From Selaginella moellendorffii (Eukaryota > Plantae > Lycopodiophyta), in assembly GCF_000143415.4 (NCBI RefSeq), contig NW_003314290.1, forward strand, positions 731,111-795,110: DNA of 64,000 nucleotides, given 5' to 3'. Made by a program: the position numbers and the translations under genes. The stretch's first letter is position 1; each line of letters opens with the position of its first letter. This document shows positions 12,503 through 25,487 of this stretch, one piece after another. The notes under the pieces are model-generated. The model saw only the letters and a list, made by a program, of their open reading frames with translations. It was not told the origin of the DNA and did not search any database.

Positions 12503-13960
12503 TATGAGTGACCATCGCGATCTAGATATGTCATCAATCCTCCAAAAGTTTTGCCAACAAAATCGGAGTGTTATGATCTTGTCACTCACTAGTACAACAG
12601 TGTTCTTGAGTATGGGACCCTGCTTGTCCATCCAATGGATTAACTTGGACGGTGATCTTCGCTTCCAAGTGTCGAGTGGACACTACTCTTTGTTTTTTTT
12701 CCTTTATATTCCTGAAGTTCTTGTGTTCTTCCGCGACTCATTGATGAGAACTTAAAGCACCGCCAAGATCCAGGCTCTTTTTGGTGCCGACGCTTGGAAA
12801 TCACTGATCCTTGTCTTGATTTGCAACCCTCCAGGGAAGAATCTAAGATCTGACTGGGAGTTTGCGTAGAGGTTAGTGATTCTTGTCTTAATTCGCCAGC
12901 TCGTTAGAGTGGAAGATTTTTTCTCGCTCGCGTCAACAAGGACAAGCGGCGTCCAAAGAATCTTCCACACACAAACTAAACGATGCTTCCTTTCGACTCA
13001 CGCGTACTGTAAATCGTTTTCCTGACGATGATGATAATCTAAACACTGGATTCGTTTGGATTGGATCGAAACACTGGTGGTGCCACTGATCATAGGATCC
13101 GCTCTCCATTGTTTACTTTGTCTAGAATTTATTTTTCTACAAAATCGCGTTTTCGCGTCCATGGCCTCTCAAAGTGGACTTCTTCGAAAGTCAATGTTTT
13201 CTTAAGATTTGCCTAGGATAATCATGCGTCGTTAGTGTAAAACTAATACATGGATGGAAAAAACGTGTGCTCCATGCTAGCCGCCAGTTAACTCCCAAAT
13301 GCGAACTTTTATTGACAGCCACACGATGAGAAATAACTGACAGATAGTTCCGTTAGATCTTTCACACTTGGAAATTCTTTTTTCTAGAAATTTCATGCAG
13401 GACAAAAACGTGGCGCATTGCTACACGCCCACGTGTGCATTGGTATCTGGCCACACGAAAACCAAGTCTTCCGACCACCCAACGGCAGATCTATGCCGTT
13501 CAAACATGACCCTACATTCCCTCCACGGAATTTCAAACGAACTGGGGCCGTTGATCTTGACCACGGAATGTCGCGACACACAACACGCGATTCCAGTGCC
13601 TGGTGAAACAGGGAAAGTGGCCGAGGCGTTTAAAGCCCGTCTTCCTCTCACTCTCTCGGTCGCTGGCTGGCCCAAGCATCGCATCACTCGATTGCCGATC
13701 GCAATTTTGCTTTTCTTCGCCGACTGATCGATCGATCCACCGCATATATTCGCTTGCGGTGTGCGCATCTTCCACTCTACGCCCCTGTTCTTGGTTCTTG
13801 ATTAGGTGATAGAAAGAAAGCAAAGAAAGGAAGGAAAGATATAGCCCAATTGCCCACTTCCTCGTGAGGAGATCCTCCTTTCCTCTTATCTGGGTCGCCA
13901 ATTGGCGGCGGATTCCTCCCTTTGGCTCATCTGGGCTCTCAGCCCGATCGATTTCTCGGC

Positions 13961-14335
13961 ATGGGCAATCCCTCTTTCTCCTCGGCGGGCGACAAGGGCG
14001 CGGATTCCACCGCCAGGCAAGTCAATTCATCGTCCAGGGGGACCAGCTCCTCGCCAATCCGGAGGCTGTCGGCGTCGAATCTGCAGCAGTGGAGCTCGGG
14101 CAGCAGCGAGACGATCTTGCTCCACGGCCAGGTCGCCAAGCTCCGGATCGAGGAGAGGTACATGAGCGAGGAGGTGGAAACAGAGGGTGTGGAGAGGCTG
14201 GCGCTCAGCCAAATCCTCAAGGAATTCTCGGCGGCCACGGCCGCGGCAGCGCAGCAGCAGCACGAGGAATTGATCCGGCCGGTGCTCATGCCATCGCCGC
14301 TGGGGCTCCAGCGGACGTTCGCGGCCTCTGGATGA
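13961..14335 (+). CDS. Small uncharacterised protein (124 aa)
   Basis: GC-rich intronless ORF from ATG 13961 with coding-like composition (LLHGQVAKLRIEE...RPVLMPSPLGL), flanked by UTR-like sequence. No family confidently recognised. Confidence 0.6.
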   Translation: MGNPSFSSAGDKGADSTARQVNSSSRGTSSSPIRRLSASNLQQWSSGSSETILLHGQVAKLRIEERYMSEEVETEGVERLALSQILKEFSAATAAAAQQQHEELIRPVLMPSPLGLQRTFAASG

Positions 14336-14835
14336 AAGAATCTCCCAAATCCCCCTCTAGGATCATAAAAAGGGAAGCTTTCTCATCTTCCCTTGTTCTC
14401 GGGGGAGAGCTTTGTAAATTATGGTGACTTCTACACAGCAGCAGCATAGGATCATAGCGAGCGAGCGAGCGAGCGAGCGAGAATTTGGTCTGGGCGGGCG
14501 TTGTAGCTTCCATGGATCACTCACAGGAAAGAGGGGAAAAAAAAAAAAAAAACAAAGACCCTGTTTTTACTAATTGTTTTCTTCTTCTCAGTGTTAGTGT
14601 GATCTAGAGAGAAGGTTCCATGTACACAATTGACAATGCCCGGAAGATCATCCTTTTCCATCTCTCTCAATAAAAAGGAAATCTCACTCGCTTCATCGCT
14701 ATTGATTTGATTTGAGAACTTCTCGTTTGTTTTTTTCTCTCCCACGTGTTTTCGTACGGTGAGAATATCCCGGAATCTTCCCCTTTTTAAAGGTAGCGCT
14801 GCTAAAGGAGATCGAGCGAAGAGGAGAGAGAAAAA

Positions 14836-16565
14836 ATGCCGTGCTTGCTCGCGCTTCGCTGCGAGATTGCCACTCACAGTCCGCATGAATCGGCTGTGGA
14901 TCCAAAGCGGTGGGCGATTGGAGCGAATCCGGCAGCATTGCGGAGCCTCAATCCAATCCGGAGAGCGATGGAATCCATGCCGACGGTCCAGGGGCGAGGA
15001 AAGAAGCCAATCTCGCTCACTCTCGGCGACCCCTGCGCTTTCGGCGAGATCAAAGCTCCCCAGGTAGCCGTCCAGGCGCTCACGGACGCCATCTCCGGCT
15101 TCCACTACAATGGCTACAGCCAAGCAGCTGGAATCTACGACTGCCGCAGGTAAAGACAGATTAAAAAAAAAAAAGAAGAAAAAGAGCACTGTTAGATCGA
15201 CGAGATAGCAACTAGAACTTCAAAGTCATACCTTTTTTGTGATTCTGTAAGCTTTTCTTCCAGCGCGGTGGCCGAGTTCCTTTCCAAGGATCTACCGTAC
15301 TCGTTGTCAGCCGATGACATCTTCATGACGGCCGGGTGCTCGCAGGCGATCCAGTTTTGTATCGGGGCGCTGGCCAACAGCGAAAAGCCGTCCAACATGT
15401 TGCTCCCACGGCCTGGATTCCCGCTGTATCAGTCCTTTTGCAACCTCTTCGGCGTTGAAGTTCGCGAGTATGATCTGCTTCCAAACAGCGACTGGGAGGT
15501 TGATCTTCGAGGCGTTGAGAGGCTGGTGGATCCGGATACTGCTGCGATAGTCCTCTGCAATCCCGGGAACCCCTGCGGATCTGTCTACACCCCGCATCAT
15601 CTGACGCAGGTGTGAAAAAGTCCTCGCGTTTCGCTCTCGTGTGTTCTTCCGCTGCCTGTATTGACTTGAGAGAGCTTTTCACCTTTTCACCTTCTCACCC
15701 GCTGTCCAGGTTGCCAAGCTCGCGGGGAAGCTTCGAGTGCCGATAATCGCTGACGAGATCTACGCTCATATGGCCTTCGAAGGATCAAAGTTCGTTCCGA
15801 TGGGAGCCTTCGCGTCTCACGTTCCTGTGTTGACAGTCGGGGGGATTTCCAAGCGTTGGTTCGTCCCTGGCTGGAGGCTTGGCTGGCTTTCGGTGTGTGA
15901 TCCCGACTGTGTCCTCAAGGAAGCAAAGGTCGTTCGATATAACTTTCCTTTCGGTTGCTGAAATCTCCATTATGATCTTCCCAGGTGCTGGACGCCTTCA
16001 CAAATCTCGCACAGATGCATCTGTCAACGTGTACACCGATTCAGGTAACAGCGCAGAAAACAAGTTTAGAAAAATGCTACTTACTTTACGTCTCAACAGG
16101 CCGCGCTGCCGAAGATATTGCAAAATACTCCACAAGACTTTTTCAGTCAGACTTTGGATACACTCAGCACAAGAGCCGATCTTTGCTACGAGAGAGCTCA
16201 GAAGACCCCGGGACTGTCCTGTCCTTCAAAGCCTCGAGGCTCTATGTATATCATGGTAAACGCTTTCTCTCCGGAGTCTGTTTTTCAAAACGTTCCATGC
16301 AGATTAGAATCGATTCAGACAAGTTCAAAGACCTCAGAGACGATAAGGAGTTTGCGTTGGCTCTCGCGAAGGAGGAAGCACTCGGGGTATTACCAGGTAC
16401 AGTGCCTTCAATAAGATATAGCGTGTATGCTTAATGATTTACTTGCGTCCAGGTTCTGCTTTCGGTTTTCCTGGTTGGATCCGCCTCTTGTTTGCTGCTC
16501 CTGAGACTATTCTGGATGAAAGTTGGGATAGACTCGAAGCGTTCTGCACACGACATACAAAATAG
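14836..16565 (+). CDS. TAT: Tyrosine/nicotianamine aminotransferase-like (class I PLP aminotransferase), multi-exon
   Basis: Motifs KKPISLTLGDP, DDIFMTAGCSQAI, NPGNPCGSVY, IIADEIY, GGISKRWFVPGWRLGW (PLP lysine) and LPGSAFGFPGWIRL across GT-AG spliced exons. Stop TAG at 16563-16565. Confidence 0.92.
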
Positions 16566-16632
16566 TCAAGAGAAAATGTCCACACATTCTTTTCACACAA
16601 TAAAAAGCCGTGTGTCACCAGTAATTCAGCGT

Positions 16633-18332
16633 CTACAGTTCTTCTGAGCCACGTTTCGCCATGGTGTTGAGTCCAGAGTTGAACACGGCGCCATCAGTGG
16701 ACAAGCGCGTGAGGAGAAGGCGTGCGACATTCTCTGCGGCAACAGCGCTCGTCTCCATTGTGCTCGCGGCGTTTTCAAACGAATTGACATAGTAGAGATG
16801 ATTGCCATCAAGAATGACTGGAGCGAAGGTTTCTGGCGCGTTGTACTGGGGGTAGGCCGCCCAGTTGAGTCGAATGGTTTTCCTTCGCACGCTACACAGC
16901 AAATCAGACAAGCCGGGAATTTACTTTGAGGACGGTACCTGAAGAGTTTGTCCAGGAACTCATCGGACAACGATGCTCGGGAAAAGACTTTGTAAGCGTT
17001 GTCGGTGGCATTATAGCTCTTAAGAACCGAAATAGATATAAATGGAATGCCGGGCACTTCCAACGTAGCGATTAAGTCCGGTAGTTTTGCATCCTTGAGA
17101 CCAAAGTAATCCTGCTCGGGCAACATACAAAATACGATCAAACCACAAAATCTCGACGTAAAAACACTTACCCGACTGACGAGCCCACGAACGAATGTAA
17201 CGAAAGTGTGATGCATCGAGCGTTTGGGAAGATCGACGGATGGACTGAAAACGATTTTCTCTTCGTCTAAGGAGGCGGCAATAATCACGGCGTTGCACGT
17301 CCTGTTTTTCCCAGACGAGCTCGTCACCTCGTAGACTCCATCTTTGCTCACGACTGATAACACCGTATCACTTAAACCGAGAGAGGCATTCGAGAGCTTG
17401 ATCAAACCATCAGCCATCTGCCAGTTCCCGCCTTCAACGGCCCAGAGATCGTCTCCAGAACCACAGAGAGAAACCGCACCGGCCAGGCCACTGATAGAAA
17501 CATTTTGTCCATAGTTGATCCTTGTTATCATCTGGAATTGCAACGAGTAGTCAGAGACACAAACGAAAAACGCAAAGCAAAGCGTGGACGTACCGTGACA
17601 ATCTCTGTGATAATCTGGACAGACAATCCTTCTCGAAGGAGCTCACGGACAAGTGTATGCTGCGTGTAACCATAGAGTTCGACAGACTCCAGCATATCCT
17701 TAACACTGCTGTACGGGGTCCTTCCCTCGTCATAGAAATGCAAGAATCTCTTCAGAAGTTGCTATAAGAACAAAGAGAGAGACACACACAAAAAAGAGAG
17801 TGAGAATCGCCAAGAGGATCAAAGTAAAGGAGCAACAGCTTACCGATACAAAGGATCGCATCCTAAACAAGTCGCTACCATAGCGCCACAGCATCCCCAA
17901 GGCATTGATCAATCCAGCAATTTTCTTCGTGATGAACGAGCTCCCACCATCCATAGTCCTCACCACGAACTTCTTCCCATCCCAGAGGCCAAACGTCTCA
18001 CTGTCGGGCGAGGTTTTCTTCTTTAGACCCAGCAAACCCACGAAATGGACAGTGTGGAGGTTTTTGGGATGGAGAATCGAGGCACCGGCTTCAAATCTAT
18101 CCCCTAGCAGATCCACCATCGCCATTCTCCCCCCGACGACGCTGTTTCTCTCGTAGACATGGATGTGGAGCTCGTTTTGGGGCCGGCCCGAGTACTTGCG
18201 GAGGAAATGAGCTGCCGATGCGCCTCCAATGCCGCTACCTACGATGCATACCTTGGTCTGGCTAGCGTCACACGATCCGAGCGTGACGAGGAGCGCAAGC
18301 GCCACGATCGGAGCTCCAGCAAGGGCCAGCAT
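16633..18332 (-). CDS. FCLY: Farnesylcysteine/prenylcysteine lyase, multi-exon
   Basis: Signal peptide, FAD-binding VCIVGSGIGGASAAHFL, FEAGASILHPKN, TRINYGQ, WAVEGGNWQ and YYVNSFENAASTMETSAVAAENVARL. Confidence 0.92.
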
Positions 18333-18439
18333 TTCCTTCCGTGAATCTCTAGAACCCTAGGCTAGGTAGCTCTGTATTTTAAAATCCTAATCTCAAGAAC
18401 CTTATTTCGTGAGGGTTTTGGTTTTTAACTTCTTAAAGA

Positions 18440-19609
18440 ATGGGGAGGGCGATCTTCTTCCTGGTCACGGCCGCGATTGTGATCGCGATGAAAACGATTG
18501 CTACTTTCCTCAACAGCGGCGACGGCGCCACGATCAGCTACGCCGGACCCGGCTTTGTCCGCGAGGGATGCCAATGGGACGCGAACAACGAGCGATTTCT
18601 CGTGTCTCGATTCGAAGGAGGAATCTCGGAGCTGGTCAAGACAGATCTAGGCTACGAGCAGCGGTTAGTCGTGGATCTGGAAGGAGATTTCAAGGGGAAT
18701 TCGACGCTCGGCATCCGCGTCGATCCGCCGAGGAACCGGCTGCTAGCGGTGGTCGCCGATGCATGGAACCAGAAGCGCGCGGCTTTGATCGCCTACGATC
18801 TGGCAACGTGGGAAACGCTGTTCGTGACGAATCTTGAGAGTCCTGGTAAGTCGTATCGATCTTTCTGGCGCGATTTCTCGTAATCTTTCCTCATCGATCT
18901 ATCTTCCTCGATTCGTCGATCTTTCTCCCTGGAAATCTTCCCTCGTCGATCTGTCTTCCTCGATTGATCTTTGCTTCTTTCTCTCTGGATTTCTCCCAAT
19001 CTTTGCCCCTAAGTTCTTGAAATTTCTTTGGCAGGAGATCTCCTCTTGGCGGACGATGTGGCTGTCGATCCCGAGGGCAATGCATACGTGACCGAGGCGC
19101 TGGGGAACTTCATCTGGAAGATCGATCGCGACGGCAACAATGTGGCCAATCTTTCCAGCCCCGTGTTCACGTCGAAGCCACACCAGCTCCCATTCTACCT
19201 GGCCGGATTGAATGGCATCGACTACCACCCCGACGGATTCCTCCTCGCCATCCACACCTGGTCCGGCGCTCTCTTCAAAGTTTCTCTCGACGGCTCCTCG
19301 GTGGAAGTGGTCAAGGCGCCGCTGGTGGCTGGAGGGGATGGAATCGCGCTCCTCTCGCCGGACAAGCTCGTGGTGGCTGGAGTTCCCGGTGCCCGACTGC
19401 TGAAGTCTTCGGATGGATGGAAGTCTGCCCGGCTGACGCACACGTACGTTGGGCCATTCTACCGCGTTCCATCGGCTGTGACGATCAAGGATGGCAAGGC
19501 CTTCGTGAGTCATATGTTCAGCTGGTGGAACACTTTCACCATCAAAGAGGCCATCTTCGCTCCGGTCCGGCCCAAGGGATCATCTGCCAGTCGAGCGGCC
19601 GAGCTCTAA
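18440..19609 (+). CDS. Secreted SMP-30/gluconolactonase-like (Ca-dependent phosphotriesterase superfamily) beta-propeller, 2 exons
   Basis: REGCQWD, STLGIRVDPPRNRLL, ADDVAVDPEGNAYVT, GLNGIDYHPDGFLL and GGDGIAL motifs; one intron at ~18846-19035. Confidence 0.87.
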
Positions 19610-19806
19610 CTCCAGGTAACTATACATTTTCTTCTCTTTACGGTTTGATCATGCTTTTTTCGTTGTCAAGGCAGGCCACCTTCTCTCCGTCCGAGCTCGA
19701 CAAGCCCGCCAACTGCGTGTCCGAGCCCTCCAACTTTCCGGATAACTGTACGTTTTGTTGTTCTATCGGATTGATTCGAATGCTTCTTTTGTCTCTCGTT
19801 GTCGAA

Positions 19807-21627
19807 CTAACTTAGTGTGCCCGAGAACACGCTGACCAACGTAAAGATAAAATACAGCCCGATCAAGCATAGCCCCCACGTCCTGGTGACTTGGAACTTC
19901 GAGCAAGCGACGACGAGTAGAGATCCCACCAGACCAGTGAACAAAAACCCGAAAGCTATCAGCAAGCTTGGATGGTACGAGAGGTAATACTCCGGGGGCT
20001 CGAGATAGGAAGTGTGGAGGACGAGAGCAAAGCCGAGGCCGACGAGCATGTTAAACATGGGACCGGCAAAGCAGCCCGCGATGGCCATCTCGGGCTTCCC
20101 GGCTCGAGCGATGGCAATGTCCGCGACCAAGTCCCCCATGGAGTTTCCCCACGCCAGGACCGTCAGGCCCAGCAGAGCCGGAGAGACTCCCAGCACGATT
20201 CCCAGAGCCGCCAGGCAACCGAGGAGCTCGCTGGCTACGAAGGAGATCCAGAGCACGCTCATCACGAAGGCCATGAAGGCCACGGGGAACTGCGTGGACT
20301 CGGGTGGCTGCTTTGTGGAGACGAAGAAGGCGGCTGCCAGGAAGAGATTTTGGACGAGGACGAGGGACCAGAGTGGGAGCTTGACGCTGGAAGCGAAGAA
20401 CACGACGGGGTGGTCGATGGGGATCATGGAACGGAACATGACGAGCAGCAGGAGCGGGCAGAAAACGAAGTTGGCGGTGGAGTAGGCTCGGCTCCAGTTG
20501 AAAGGATTGATCTCGGGGATAGTGGCTCTGAGAATTACGTGCAAGGGAGCTTGGAGCATCGATCGTATCTGCGAATCGCAACGTCAAGAACTGGAAGATC
20601 ATAAAAACGCTCGTACCTTGGAAGAGCTGAGACTTGCTACTTTGAAATCCCAGAAGCTGGCGAGGAAATCCTTCCAGGACTTTCGAAACGATTCCTGGCA
20701 CAGATTCAAGCGCTCGACATCGGCTTCTACGTAGATCTCATCGATCCCGGCTTGGACGAGCTTTTGCGGCACTTGGTCGTGATCCAACTGTGCTTCCCTT
20801 GCCAGATCCATGACCACCACCACCACAATGAAAACCGCGTAGAAGCTCACGAATCCCACGGCCTGCCAGAACGTCACCACCCCTTTCATGTAGACCAAGA
20901 ACACGAGCCCCACGGCCGCCAGGTAGAACACCACGTCTCGCACGAATGGCAGCGGCTTCACGGAGAATGGAGCCGCGACGAGCGCCACAGATCCCACCAC
21001 AAACGCCGAGACGAAGGTCCCAGCGCTGATGATCGCCCCCAGCCCAATGCGAGAATTCCCACCCCCGATAGCGGCCATGGAGGCGAAGACGTCTGGAGCT
21101 CCATTCCCCAGGGCCAGCAGCGTCACTCCCCCCATCGTTGGAGACATGCTAAGCATCTCCACCATGAGCGTTGCCACCGGCGAGAAGAATCTTTCGGCGG
21201 TCTCTGCCAGGCAGAAGAAGGCCAGGAGAACAGCGGCGAGGAGGAGTGGTACCGACAGCCAAGATCTCTGATCCAGCGCGCAGTAGTGCAATGAGACGTA
21301 GTTGAGGACGCTGCGGCCGTTCTTGCAGTGGAGGCGCGCGTGCTCGCAGCGCCGCCGGGGCGGGAGGTTGTCGATGCTGGCGCAATGCCTGTGATCCTCG
21401 CTTGATTCCACAAGCCCTGCCGCATTCTGCCTGGCGGCATTGGTAATCTCACCGAGATACCGCGCATTGCGTGATCTACCTCCAGGAGCCGCGGCGGCGC
21501 GCAGGGATTGGAGCTGGGCCGAGGCCGTCCAGACACGGTAGAATCCGAGAACGAGGAGCAGCACAAGCTGAGGGATGACGACGCTAAACCGCCGCCTCGC
21601 GCGCGTCCTCCTATCGGAGTCCTCCAT
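19807..21627 (-). CDS. Cation/calcium exchanger (CCX family), 2 exons
   Basis: Alpha-1 repeat GVTLLALGNGAPDVFAS and alpha-2 repeat LGLTVLAWGNSMGDLVAD...AGCFAGPMFN; many transmembrane segments; one short intron near 20570-20636. Confidence 0.92.
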
Positions 21628-21734
21628 CTTGAGAGAAGGGGAAAAGAACCCTAAAGCCCCATTTTAGGATAATTACCTTTGAATTTTATTAAAAATTAAG
21701 AATATTTGTCAAAGAAAAATAATTAATCAAATAT

Positions 21735-22790
21735 AGAGAACCCAATTCCGCTAGAAGATATAGCATACCCAAGATAAATAAATCTTTTTTTCTAATTTTA
21801 CAATGTTAGAAATTTTGATTGTATACAAGGTTAAATTTATATAAATTTTACTACTATTCATCTCTAGAGAAATGTATAATAATGCAAGTGTTAAGGAAGA
21901 TAAGGTCATTTTTAATCATCATTAAATTTGAATTTAAATTTTTTATTGTCTTTATAAAAAGGTACAAAACCCTAAAAACATAAACAAGATTGCTGCCATG
22001 CTTTAAAAGTAATTGAGTTTTCATAAAACTGAAGAATTATAGACTACCAAAAAATAATAAGCTAGTTTGGAGAAATTATAATTTTAATTGCATACTGAGC
22101 TAAATTTATTTTATCTCAACTCTAATGATGCCTATAACTTTCATAGTTTACTAAAGAATAATAGAATTTTTATTATGTGTCTGGTTTTACATTTAAAAAT
22201 AGACATAAGTAAATCTATCTAGATATTCACACTACATTAGAGGTGTTGAAAAGAGGTACATCCAAAGATAATAATTATATGAGAGATATAATGTTTGTAT
22301 TAAGAAAAATTTGTACTAATGCTTTATGATAAAATTATGCATTCATGTCTCATATATGACATGCTGTCTAATATGGTATAAGTAATCTCATACACATAAA
22401 AATATCAAATTCATTTTTTAATAACATCTCAAAAATGACAAACCCTTTTATATTTTCAATTAGTCTTCTTGCTCATAATTTTATTGTAATCTACCAGCAG
22501 CTTTACAAGAGTTTTATTGTTGGTCTCAATATTTATACAATGATTTATTTGCTTTGTTAGCTTATGTTATTATTATATAAATGCAATAAAAACATCAAAT
22601 TCAAATTTAATGATGACAAAAAAAAGATCTTATCTTCCCCAACACTTGCATTATTGTGAATTTCTCTGGATATAAATAGTAGCAAAATTTAGATAAATTT
22701 TACCTTGTATACAATCAACATTGTAAAATTAAAAAAGAAGATTTATTTATCTTGGGTATACTATATTTCCTAGTGAAGATGGGGTCTTAG
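21735..22790. mobile_element. Non-autonomous fold-back (MULE/MITE-like) element with ~210-bp terminal inverted repeats
   Basis: 21740-21950 (catacccaagataaataaatctt...gattgtatacaagg...atcattaaatttgaattt) is the diverged reverse complement of 22584-22785. The core is AT-rich and non-coding. No TSD found. Confidence 0.7.
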
Positions 22791-25311
22791 TTAGTACTCT
22801 TTATTTAAAGTTGCTATTTAAAAAAGAGAAGTTCATAATTTCAAAATAAAGCACAATACTGTGTCATATTTTTGAGAATGATACAACTCCACTACACAAG
22901 ATAGAGAATAATATTTTGAAAAATTTATATTAGATATTTAATAAAATATAAAATATTATTACACCTCTAAAACCTTTCCAACCAGAACATGATTTAACAA
23001 AAGATCAAGAGTAAGACATTTTATAACTCATAATGCATAAGATAACCACTATGAAAATTCAATGATGAAAAGACAAAATTCTTGGGAAAGAAAAACATAG
23101 AATGAAAAAAGTTCATAGATATAAGAATTTAAAATATTAAAAAACTAACTTCTCAAGGAAAGTGTTTTAGGCTAAAATGTAATACAAAAGCTCCCAATTA
23201 AATATCCAGATTAATCAAATTAAAGTTAAATAATAAATAAACCAAGCTTTACCAGGATTATAATTAGGTGATCTCATGCTAGTAAGCTATATATGGAAGT
23301 CATGATTCCAAAACAATTAAGACATTTTGAAAATTTTAATAATCTGCTATAAGATTGTCTATAGCCAAAACAATTCAAATCATATATAGGTAAAAATAAA
23401 AAAAATAAAATTTAAAAATATATATCTATTAAATTATTCAAAACTATTTACTATTCAGTAATTATATAAAGGAGAACATGATTATTCATTAACATAAATT
23501 ATAAAAATAATAACATTTCAAATATAACAATGGATCCAACACATAACTAGATACATATTAAAATTTTAACATTTTGTATATGATATATTATTTAACATTT
23601 TAAAAAACAATATAAATATGTAAATTTTTTCATTTATGTTTTTATTTTAGTATTAAAATTTTTGTATCAAGCTTATCAATTATCAGTAAAGTGTTTTTTC
23701 TCTCAATTATTATTTTATCAATTATCCTCTTGCATTCTTATTCTCAATAGTTCTTTATTTTCTTGAAACAAAATTTATATTTTTGATAATTAGTTTTAAA
23801 TTAAATTAAATTAAAATTATTATAATAGTTCACATTTTGCAATATAAATGAAAACTATAATGATACTGAAATTTTTTTCAAATTATAATAAATCATATTA
23901 TTGACATATAACACATATACAACAATAATTGTTGAAAAACATTATAAATAATATTTACAGCTATAACTTATATTAATTTTAGGATGACTATTTTAGTAAA
24001 CTCTAAACTTGAAACCTAAATAAGATTCTGAAAATTGATTAATTAACAATGATTTCTTTTCAAAAATCAGCATTGGGTTTTTTTTACACTAAACTGGGTT
24101 TTTTATCACTAATATTTTCTTCAAAAAGCAAAAAAAAAAGTTTTAAATATAAATGCTAATTTATATTTCAAAACAGTAGCACTCTTATAATTTCTTTCTT
24201 GCTTGAAATACTTTATTAGCTAGTGTTTTACTAAAACAAATTTAAATTCTAAATATTAATTATTATATTAACATTCAAACTTACTTTTTGGTAATGTTAT
24301 ATATATATATATCATCTTGAAAAATTTATTTATAGCAATTTTATTCTATTGTTGCTATCTTCATCCCTTAGGGCTGCAATATGCAAATTCTAAGTAATAC
24401 ACTATATCCAAAAGTCCTAAATCAAAAGTCACAACTATGTTTAAAAGTCCCAAAGATTTTCACTGAATAAAATGACAGTTTGGGAATTCTTTATGGTCAA
24501 GTCAACTAGTGCATTACACTAAGAGTATAACATATCATACCATAATTTTCTTATTAAATATATAAATATAAATGTATGAAAATATTCAATGTTTATAAAT
24601 AAATGTATGGAAAACATAAAATTACTCATAAAATTTCTCTACATAACTGTTTTTATATATGGAAAAATTTCAAGCAACGAGATCATATGAGTCTAAAATA
24701 ATTTGAAAACTAAACATCAATTATAAACATAATTAAAATTTTCAATTATTAACATATTAATTAAAAACATAGATGTAGAATATTATCATATATATAAAAG
24801 TATTAAAGACCATATGGAACATCGATTGTAAACATAATTAAACTTTTAAATTATTAAGTTTATAATTAAAAGCATAGATTAACACATGACCATGTACATA
24901 ATAATATTAATATATTTTATATATGATATTGTGTTTATGACAATATATTAATATTGTGAATATAAAAATATACATAAGGTTAATTGTTTTGTATTTGCAT
25001 TTCCAGAAAATATACTTTTTTATATAAATCTTATCATTTATGAGTAAAGTGTTTTTTTCTCATCTTATCAACTCTACTTCGTGATTTTCTGGTATTATAA
25101 AGTATATTTTTCAAACCTAGATATTAAAGAGCATAAAACTAAAATTTATATAATTTAAACTAACATACTACTATATCCATGAATAATTAAAAATAAATTT
25201 ATATTGCAAGAACTACTACTTTCTTTTAGCTGTAAGAAATTTTTCACTTTATTAATACTATAGATTACCATTATCTAAATAAAATATAAAATGTAAAATG
25301 TATTTTCAAGA

Positions 25312-25487
25312 TGTGAGTGCTTGGAATATGGAAAGGGAATACAAAAAATGTGCATATCAATTAGCCCAAAAACTCTAGCTTATATATAAGAGCGAGTGGT
25401 CCGCATTGAAACCAATCTGACGGCTACTAAAATCCCACTTTGCTAATATTAGTATACGGCATCGTAATTGTACACTTGGGCCTCACA
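25312..25487 (-). mobile_element. Short (176 bp) 3' LTR of a minus-strand gypsy element
   Basis: Termini TGTGAG...CTCACA, PPT GAGAGGAGGGGA just upstream on the minus strand, internal TATATATAAG; directly follows the integrase end. Confidence 0.8.
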
